Assembly (NCBI GenBank): GCA_951406725.2
Contig: OX597822.1
Span: forward strand, 7,998,001 to 8,062,000
Length of the DNA: 64,000 bases
Direction: 5' to 3'
Source: Octopus vulgaris
Lineage: Eukaryota
Positions within the stretch are counted from its first letter, which is position 1. The number at the start of each line of letters is the position of its first letter. The notes under the pieces were generated by a model. That model was not told the DNA's origin and searched no databases. It was given only the letters and a program-made list of their open reading frames with translations. Positions 54,667 to 64,000 of this stretch are shown here, in pieces. The position numbers and the translations under genes were made by a program.

Positions 54667-56898
54667 ATATTGTTGCATTTGTGGTTGTAACTTTTTGTAA
54701 TATATTGCAGTTGTATTTTTCATTGCGTTGTTGGAGAATCAGGAAAAGACATAGAAATGCGATGTTCAGCTCATCAATTTTTACTGGATAACGCGTTAGA
54801 GCAGCTGAAAATCCAAAGCAATTTTATTCGAAATTTACTTCATTGTAGACTGGATAAAAGGTAAATAATGAAATGTATGTTGGTAAATAGGAAATACAAA
54901 AAGAGATTGGCTTCAATCGGTTTGCTAAGTTCATGAGTATATTCTCTTAAGCCAATGAAAACGATTGTCGGTATGTATAATAGGACTTATGTGTATAAAT
55001 CTATGAATACCAATTGCTCAGTTGAAAAACGTGATTAACAACACCCACAACATCTAGAGTTGCACGCAACCGTCGCTATTTTTGAGAAATAGTATATCAT
55101 TATTTTGCCCATAGTTTCATTTATACGATAGCTTACAGACCCCATTGACGTATGTGTATATCCTAGCAACCACATCAGACGTCTATAATATATGTAGAGC
55201 CGACAAAACTGATTAAGAACGTAGATATAGAACAGTTTTAGATATGATGATAGGAAAGCAGGCAATAAAATATACAAATAATTGAGAGAGACTAGAGGTC
55301 AGTAACATAAGTCCGAATGGATTTGAAGACAATCGTTTCCATTTTTATAACAGAAAAAAATATTTCAGTGTCTACATCGTGACTATTACGAAAATAGAGA
55401 TTTCCAGAATTCGGTGGCTTGCTGCAACGATTTCCTTTCTTAACTTTATTTTCAATGAATTAATAATGCAGAAGCGAAATGGTTGAAGAAATACGGTATT
55501 GGTTTGACGTTTCTGGCGTCTTATTTTGAAAACACTTGAAGATATTTGGATGTGATTATACTCGCGTCGGTTCACATATTTATTAAAGCTTGATGATCTG
55601 CCTCAACAGTTTTCTCGCAATATCTCTTTGTCTTATGCAGAAGAAACAAATAGTGAACAAAATGATTCAATATAATGCAAAACGGAATAAGCTGTTCTGG
55701 TGCCTTGTGTTCAAAGCCATGAACTTCTGTTTAATGTATCCACACTTCATTTGATATTTGACATATCATCTGCAAAGGTTACCTGAGATAAAGCGATGTC
55801 TTCTCATACGTATAGCATTAATAAGCAAATGATAAGGACCGACACAACCATTTATATACCTATATACCATTCATATGCTTTGGAACTTATACATCTATAC
55901 GTCAAGGCCTCAATGATTTCTTAAATTTTCACTCATATTCCGCTTCTATATTTATATTTTCGCGTATAAGAAATGAGTAAATCAATTTGTTATATGTTTG
56001 AAGCTATTTCTTTTATTTAAGAAAGAGACCAATAGTAAATTTTAATATTCAAGTGAACAATGTGCATCAAATAAAACAATAATTATGCTACTGCTATTAC
56101 ACTTAATGCATTCAAGATTACAATTCTTATTAGAAAGAAGGAAGATGATACAGAATAATTAATATTATATTTTGAATCTCAGTAGGTCCTCGAGCCTGCT
56201 TTTGACAGCATCCGGCTTCATAAAACCTTTCTAGCGAAAAGTTATATTATCATAATTGCCGGTACATTACAGAATATATCATAAATTTAATAGGTACCAC
56301 TGGAAAATATGAGATACACCTCATTTGGTATTTAATGACATGAATTTACATAAATTAACAGCTTAAGTAAATGACAAAAAGAATAGAAAATATGCTAATA
56401 TAGGAGTAATGCACACCCCGTGTGTTAATGTTCTTCTCATCACATATTCTGCAAGTTCGTTGAATTAAATGGTTTGGTGCCTGATAAAACGAACATACGG
56501 AAGACTAATATTTTTGCTGCAATGATTGAGTTAACAGAACACACTGACTTAACTTTCACCAATGGATTTACTTTCACCAATGGATACTCTTCTAATGTTA
56601 CGCTTTTGTTTTTCCTATTAATTGCCTTGGATGTATCATGTTTATCTTGGCAATCGCTACACTGTGAAATTCCTGAGTGATGTATTCTTCAAGCACTTCA
56701 TTCGTGTTTAATACTATGCAACCGCGATTTAATTATCATTTGTTCATTAAATACGAAGCGTCTACAGTTTACAGATGAGATTCTAAAAGATACAAAGATC
56801 ACTCTGAGATAATTACAACAGGTTCCTGAACTATGCTAGTACTTCAGCATTTTCAATATTAAATGTTAAGAAATTTAAACATATGCCTGAATTGATAG

Positions 56899-56999
<101 letters not shown>

Positions 57000-57017
57000 T
57001 ATATATATATATATATG

Positions 57018-57049
<32 letters not shown>

Positions 57050-57154
57050 TAGGTGTGTTGCGATTGTGTATGTGTGTATTTGCGCATGTGTTTATGTATG
57101 TTTGTGTATGCGTGTTGTGTGTATATACATATATATATATATATATATAAAAAA

Positions 57155-57186
<32 letters not shown>

Positions 57187-57360
57187 TCAATATAGGGTGG
57201 CAAAAAAATTTTGTAGAATTCTTTTGTAGTGGGAAAAATTAAATAGTCATGTTCAACATCAACAATATACCATTCACCCACTAGAAATAACAGCCAAAGC
57301 TTTATTTGCGGTTGAAGCTTTGGCTGTTATATATATATATATATTATACACACACACATG

Positions 57361-57414
<54 letters not shown>

Positions 57415-57418
<4 letters not shown>

Positions 57419-57724
57419 CGTGATCACCGTGACCGACCAGGCTATCAGATGTTGCTATACATCGCTGGTCATAATGCGTTCGCATTGTTTTAGCCTTCGA
57501 ATGACGCCAGCCCGCTGGCTAAGCGAGCAGGCCAACAGAAGAAAGAGTGAGAGAAAGTTGTGGTGAAAGAGTACAGCAGGGATCACCACCACCTCCTGCC
57601 GGAGCCTCGTGGAACTTTAGGTGTTTTCGCTCAATAAACACTCACGACGCCCGGTCTGGGAATCGGAGCCGCGATCCTACGACAGCGAGTCCGCTGCCCT
57701 AATAACTGTGCCATTGCGCCTCCA
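57415..57724 (-). mobile_element. SINE family B, tail type 1
   Basis: Full head; tail homologous to 22630-22754. Confidence 0.9.
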
Positions 57725-57732
57725 CAAACACA

Positions 57733-57819
<87 letters not shown>

Positions 57820-58126
57820 GCTTTATATATTTATTAGAAGTTATGTATTACTGTTTGAATGATGATGCCAGTCTGCTTGTGAAGACGTATATTGTTATTA
57901 GTTGGGAGAGAAATACAATTAGTTTCAATGTTACACTTGTATGGACGCCTTGGGTATATGAAACAATTGTTCAATATTCATTCCGTGGTTAAATATTAAC
58001 ATTGGTATCTATGTAAAGTCTATGTTCTTTTATTTAAATTGTGTTGATCGTATGTAAACCATTTAAATTATACATTCGGCTCGTGGTTGATACTCAATGT
58101 TTTCCATTTCTTTTCTACATTGTTAA

Positions 58127-58293
58127 TAGGCGCAGGAGTGGCTGTGTGGTAAGTAGCTTGCTAACCAACCACTTGGTTCCGGGTTCAGTCCCACTGCGTG
58201 GCATCTTGGGCAAGTGTCATCTGCTATAGCTCCGGGCCGACCAATGCCTTGTGAGTGTATTTGGTAGACAGAAACTGAAAGAAGCCTGTCGTA

Positions 58294-58331
<38 letters not shown>

Positions 58332-58451
58332 CCGAAATTACTACGATGATCCGGTTCTTGACTGAAGACTGAGAATGTCCTGTCCGTGTTTATTGTGTCG
58401 TCTTCTAAGAGTTATACGTTCTTGTCCATGTTGTATTTTTCTACATACCTT

Positions 58452-58531
<80 letters not shown>

Positions 58532-58745
58532 TTGTGTGTCTGTGTTTGTCCCCCTAGCATTGCTTGACAACCGATGCTGGTGTGTTTACGTCCCCGTCAC
58601 TTAGCGGTTCGGCAAAAGACCGATAGAATAAGCACTGGGCTTACAAAGAATAAGACCCGGGGTCGAGTTGCTTGACTAAAGGCGGTGCTCTAGCATGGCC
58701 GCAGTCAAATGACTGAAACAAGTAAAAGTGTATAGAGTAAAGAGT
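58127..58745 (+). mobile_element. SINE family C with a foreign insert of about 130 bp (58329-58457) in its internal (TA)n
   Basis: Both halves match 44541-44967. Confidence 0.9.
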
Positions 58746-58894
58746 AATTCCTTGAAGCAAATATATAACGAAAAATATTCGTCATCTATATCGGTCTCCG
58801 AATCTAAATTGATGTTGAAGTTAAAGTTTCTGTTCCTTTCGTACGACACTTTCTCCGCCCCTCCGAAGATCATGATAGTGATTATCATAAGGCT

Positions 58895-59060
58895 GTTGTT
58901 GGTGTCGGTGGTGGCGGTAGTGGTGGTGGTGGTGGTGGTGGTGGTGCTGACGACGACGACGACGATGTTAATCATCGTCATTATCGTCGTCATCGTTGAT
59001 CTCGTAATCATCATCATCATCGTAATCATCATTAACACCATCATCGCCACCGTCGTCATA

Positions 59061-59117
<57 letters not shown>

Positions 59118-59140
59118 GGCAGTAGCAGTGGCAGCAGTGT
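58895..59140. repeat. (GTG)n-(GAC)n-(CAT)n-(CAG)n compound triplet repeat
   Basis: Seen directly. Confidence 0.9.
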
Positions 59141-59606
59141 CGTCATCAGCACAGTAGCAACGTTATTATCTTCGTTATTCTTCTCCAGCCTCCGCTAGTG
59201 GCGTATTCATCATTGTTTATCAACGCCATCCCCATCGCCGCTATAATTGCGCATCCTTCGTCGCAAATGATTTATACAGTGATATTAACAATGAATAACT
59301 GACACATTGTAAATTCTGTTTAACGTGGTAAATTTACTGATCACCTGGCTGTGTAATTGATATTTATCTCCTCTTCAGTTTCCCTTAATAGGTTTAGCTT
59401 TCTCTAATCAAGCATGTACAGTGTTTATATGAAACTTCAGCATAAGTTCTTTATAGTAAATTTCTCTTCAAACTATAGATTTCATTCAGCTCAGTGATCT
59501 GTTAGTTTGTGTGTGTGTGTGTGTGTGTGTACGATGGGGTAAACAAATAAATACGCGCGCAAGCGTGTGTATGTGTGTGTGTGCGTGGGTGTATGTGTGT
59601 GTGCAT

Positions 59607-59790
59607 TGGCGGCAAGCTGGCAGAATCGTTAGCCTGTCGGGCAAAATATGCTTTTACTTACTTGTTCAGATTCCACCGGGATTGGCCTTGCCTTGCATCT
59701 TTCGGGTTCGATAAAATATACGCCACTTGAGTGCTGGGGTCGATCTAATAGACATACTCATCTCCCTGAAAGTGCTGCCCGTGTGTCAAC
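59607..59790 (+). mobile_element. Degenerate SINE family A
   Basis: Head ggcggcaagctggcagaatcgttagc. Confidence 0.75.
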
Positions 59791-59836
59791 ATTTAAACCA
59801 ATATATAAATGTGTATTCATGCATATGTGTGTATGT

Positions 59837-59873
<37 letters not shown>

Positions 59874-60387
59874 TTGATTTGCTTGATAGAATTAGGGAAT
59901 TCAATCAGGTTTAGTAGGAACTACAGTTAATGTTTTGCAGTGCACAAATAATTACGAACGAACTGCTGCTGGTGACCCGACGGTGGTTCAGGCCGGTTAA
60001 TATAAAACGGGAAGATATTTAGAAATAATCCCCACATAGATATGCAAAAGAACTTTTAAAGAGAGTAGGGAACAGGACGGATTGGGCGACGGATAAACAT
60101 ATCCCACTGTGATAGCCGTCCTAACGCTTTGGCAAATGCCCAAATGTGTTGTTTAATGAGATTCAACTCTGTAGAGCTCGAGTTCGCATTGAACGTCTTA
60201 ACAACAAGGTTAGGGTTTGCATCAGTTTAGTTTATTTTCATATAGATTCAACAGATTCACTCTTTAAATTTTCAAAGCGAATTAGATGAATAAATAATAA
60301 ATATTGATAGTAAAATCGTTTTATACGTCTATTTATGCCAGCAAAGTGCTACATTTTCTAAATATTCTATTCTTATTAATGTTGTTG

Positions 60388-60423
60388 TGATTATTATTAT
60401 TATTGTTATTATTATCATTATCA

Positions 60424-60454
<31 letters not shown>

Positions 60455-60481
60455 CATTATTATTATTATTATTATTATGGT

Positions 60482-60557
<76 letters not shown>

Positions 60558-60588
60558 ACTACTACTACTACAACTACTACTGCTGCTG

Positions 60589-60668
<80 letters not shown>

Positions 60669-60669
60669 G
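60388..60669. repeat. (TTA)n-(CTA)n-(CTG)n-(CTA)n-(TTA)n microsatellite
   Basis: Seen directly. Confidence 0.95.
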
Positions 60670-61213
60670 AGTGAGAGAGCAGTTCATGCCATCAAAGTGA
60701 CACTGGGGTAAAATATACGAAGCCCAATATACCCATCATGACTACCCGTCTGATAAAGGTACACCAGGCACATGCATCACAACCATATGTGCGCGACATG
60801 GTGATCTCATATCAAGATAAACAGCACATGACCTTGCAGGTGGGGCCCAGTTAGAATTTTCTTCATTTTGAGTAGCCCATCCTGCTCAAACGGTCCCTGA
60901 ATAAGGGTTGTTTAAGGATGTTGAAAGAACCACCCATGTTTCCAGAGGTGAACTATTCAAACCCCAAAGAATCCCTCTCAACACATGGCTATGATGCTCC
61001 CCCACTACTTCTGCTCGTGATCAGAGATGCACATATCGTCAGCCACTAAGGGACATGCTCAACTGGTTAAGGTCAAACAACTGACAAGCAAATCTGTGGT
61101 ATTGAGCAGAATATTTGCTGTAGCCCATCTTTTATACCAAGACAAAACAATGTACATGATAACACTTCCAATCAGTTAAGATCAGAAGCCACTGCCTGGT
61201 ACTGCATCAGGGC

Positions 61214-61215
<2 letters not shown>
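60670..61215 (-). mobile_element. About 545-bp non-coding interspersed repeat embedded in (TTA)n
   Basis: Sharp boundaries against TTA arrays. The terminal motif ctggtactgcatcaggg recurs at about 61303-61319. Class unassigned. Confidence 0.5.
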
Positions 61216-61269
<54 letters not shown>

Positions 61270-61391
61270 TATGTTTGACTTTGCTTTATATTTGCAGTTG
61301 GCTGGTACTGCATCAGGGGGCATGTTGTTGTTATTAGTGTGCCATATATTTGGGGGTATGTTGTATTATTGAATTCAAAAAAAAAAAAAAA

Positions 61392-61454
<63 letters not shown>

Positions 61455-61458
<4 letters not shown>

Positions 61459-62726
61459 CAATATTCCATTCAGAGAATTGAATATTGATATCTGGGTTTG
61501 CCTGTTGAACTGCATACTTTAAGTCCTCAGTCATGTCCTCAAGACGTTTCTTCCAAAACTGTACAAGACTACCAAGTTGACACATGTTCAGCATATTTAC
61601 AAAAATGTTACAGATTTACCTTGCAGAACCTGATACTGATGCTTCAGTCAATGCAAGGTCGCAATGTTCATCATCTTCCAAAAAAACCTGTTGATAACAT
61701 GTTTCCCTATAAGTTTCACACACATGACCATTCACCCTCCTCGAATCTTGGAATGCTTTGGGACCACGTATTTCAAGCAACAGGAGCCGTAAGTAGTACG
61801 GCTTGTGAGGGAGGGGTGACACTGTAAACTCTTACAAGATCATCAGCCCCACGTTTCTTCTTGTGCCATTTATTGATTCTCCAGGTGTAATACTTGGGAA
61901 ATTGTGGGTAAAGGAGTTTTCTTGCATCTTCATCTACTTGATACAGTTTAAAAAAGGTAGTTAGGGTGCTTTTTTAAGAAAGTGCTTGTTGCAAGGTTGT
62001 TTGTTTTGTAAATGTAACTCTGTGGTTATTCTCTAGACGGACACTCTGGTGAATAATGGTTGGATGCCTCTCATGAATGAGAAAATCGAAGATGCACCAA
62101 AAAGCCTCATTGGTACCAATGTATGCTTCTCTGTCATACTGTGCATCTTCCTCATTTTTATTTATCAGCTGACTATCATTCTGCATAAGAGTGTATTGAC
62201 TCTGGCTACCTGTACTCATCTTTGCTTCAGTGTAGAAAACTGATCACCTCCATCTACTCCGACTCCTCTTCTGGAGTGAGAACATTTGTGCTCGGAAACT
62301 TTTACGAAAATTAAAATGGAGAATAAATGGAAAAATTAGTTACGCGAATATCTTCAGAAGAGTAATTGGAATAAATGGGACCCACGCACACGCACGCGCA
62401 CACAAACACACAGAGAATATCAAACATCAGATGAAATGAACGTTTGTGTGTGTGTGAGAGAGAGAAGAGGTGTGTTGTCATGTATATGTTCATACATAAA
62501 TATGCGTAGAATTTTTGTGTGTGTATGAGAGAGAGAGAAAGGGAGAGAGTGAATGTCACTTAGACATCACCCTCTCTTTCTCTCTCTCTCTCAAACACGC
62601 ACACATACATACAAAAAGATGTACGCATATGCATTTATGCATGTACGTATACATACATAAATACATTGGTGAAGCTGTTTTTACGTGAAAAGCGAATACA
62701 CACACATCTCTATTTTATATGTTAGA
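61455..62726 (-). mobile_element. Helitron relic: 5' terminus plus a decayed RepHel fragment
   Basis: YIGTNEAFWCIFDFLIHERHPTIIHQSVRLENNHRVTF; TLTTFFKL..LLYPQFPKYYTW; YYLRLLLLEIRGPKAFQD.RRVNG..TYRETC..LEDD (region between Rep and helicase). 5' end TCTAACATATAAAATAGAGATGTGTG at 62726. Confidence 0.85.
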
Positions 62727-63219
62727 TATATATACACCGGGCTTATTTTAAGCTTTAGAAAATCGAGTAAAAACACCCCTATAGACCGAAGAAGTTGCCA
62801 GCAGCCTCTACAAAGAATCGAATTATATTCCTCTCAAATTCATCGTTCATGATCTTTTATAAGAAAATATTCTCACATTTCAAAACATATTATTTAGCAT
62901 TCTGAAAAAAGACTGCCTGTTGTTAGGTTAGTTTAGCTGAATGGTAGAGACAACTAAGCCAGACTTTGGGAAGCGGAGATTTGGATTCTCTGTTGCGGCC
63001 ACTGGCGACTTTTACCGTCTTCATGGGGTGGTTTAAACGATTTTCTCTAATTCTATTTTCACAGCTACTCTCCTGCGTCCGAGATTTCCTCCATTTCTGA
63101 AAATATAAACTTTTTACACTTTTCTAGGTTTATAAAAATACTATTTCTTTCCTGGAGGCCTTTTGACAAATTCTTGTTATTAGAAAGCGAAACGACCCCC
63201 CACGTTAAACGACGAAAAC

Positions 63220-63649
63220 TTTGAAGTCTGGGGTAAAAGACTGATGCTATATAAAAAGTGATAGTTCAAGGAAGTTGGTTAAAATTGCCGGTAACTTGAA
63301 TAGTGCCAAATAATCTAGTTTCTGAAGTACAATTTAATACTTGATACTTGGATGAAGGTGATATTTTTCAGGAACACGGAGCTCTATGCCACAGATCGCG
63401 TGCAAGACAACAGAGAATGGCTGATGAAGGTGGTACCATATTGAAAGATTTGCCATTGATCAAATGTGGACAGACCTAAAGAGAAGAGTTCGTGAGAAGA
63501 CTCCACGCAATCTGGAAGAGTTGTGGGAGCTCAGGCACAGAGAATGGCATCTCTTACCTGGGAAGATGGTGAAGATGGTGAAATATCCATCTCTTCCCAG
63601 GCGTATTGATGCAATTATTCAAACTAAGGGAAATCACACGAAATATTAA
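63220..63649 (+). mobile_element. Decayed Tc1-like transposase C-terminus
   Basis: IFQEHGALCHRS..IDQMWTDLKRRV..PRNLEELWE..SLPRRIDAIIQTKGNHTKY*. Confidence 0.85.
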
Positions 63650-63773
63650 CAATGTACAGTAGATTCTTAAAATGAACATTATGTAATACATTTCAATGTA
63701 GATATTTTTCTGTTTTAAAACTCTGGATTGGTTTATGTATATAACTTCCGCATAAGAAATTACGTTGATATAA

Positions 63774-64000
63774 TCTCTCTCTATATAAACGGCAGTTTGT
63801 CTGTGTGTGTTTCTGTGTGTCTGTTTGGTTGTACCCTCACCCTGACCACGGCTTTCAACCGATTCTGATGAAACTTGACACACACATAGCCCAATGTCAT
63901 AATTCAAAACTAACGCAGCGAAAATTTTGAAAAGTTCCCCCAGTTCTGAAAATAATCGATAAATTCGACATGGGGTCGAGAATCAGAAACACAAACCAGA
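63774..64000 (+). mobile_element. Non-autonomous Helitron-like 5' part, running off the window
   Basis: a|TCTCTCTCTATATAAACGGCAGTTTGTCTGTGTG start and an accgattctgatgaaacttg core motif. Confidence 0.65.

Noticed and set aside
58329-58375. cagccGAAA...CTGAAGA, possible type II hammerhead
   Set aside because: The only plausible stem I overlaps the core box, so the topology cannot be completed.
60985-61050. Minus-strand CTGACGA...GAAG in the TTA-embedded element
   Set aside because: GAAA is absent and stem I is out of register.
63415-63460. aatgg-CTGATGA...GAAA...ccatt, hammerhead-like
   Set aside because: It lies inside the Tc1 transposase frame, position 17 would be G, and stems II and III are poor; probably chance.
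63860-63880. ctgatgaaac
   Set aside because: Part of the Helitron-type ccgatt..atgaaa motif, with no stem II.

Overview
AT-rich, microsatellite-dense eukaryotic DNA whose SINE repertoire strongly resembles that of Octopus (recalled, not checked against a database). I cannot support any intact host gene. Almost all ORFs in the supplied track are microsatellite translations or decayed transposon frames. The window holds tRNA-derived SINEs of about five families, decayed R4/Dong-, RTE- and CR1-like LINEs, Tc1/mariner and pogo-like relics, Helitrons and Penelope-like elements (PLEs). The main hidden signal is RNA structure: about 15 type I hammerhead ribozyme (HHR) motifs, intact or decayed, on both strands and from several unrelated families. 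They include a U3-A8 core variant, a family with 58-75 nt stem II inserts, and five divergent inverted pairs that form foldbacks. The most notable case is a tRNA-headed SINE (39357-39628, minus strand) whose 3' module is a Penelope-type minimal hammerhead. All folds were derived by eye and none was computed.
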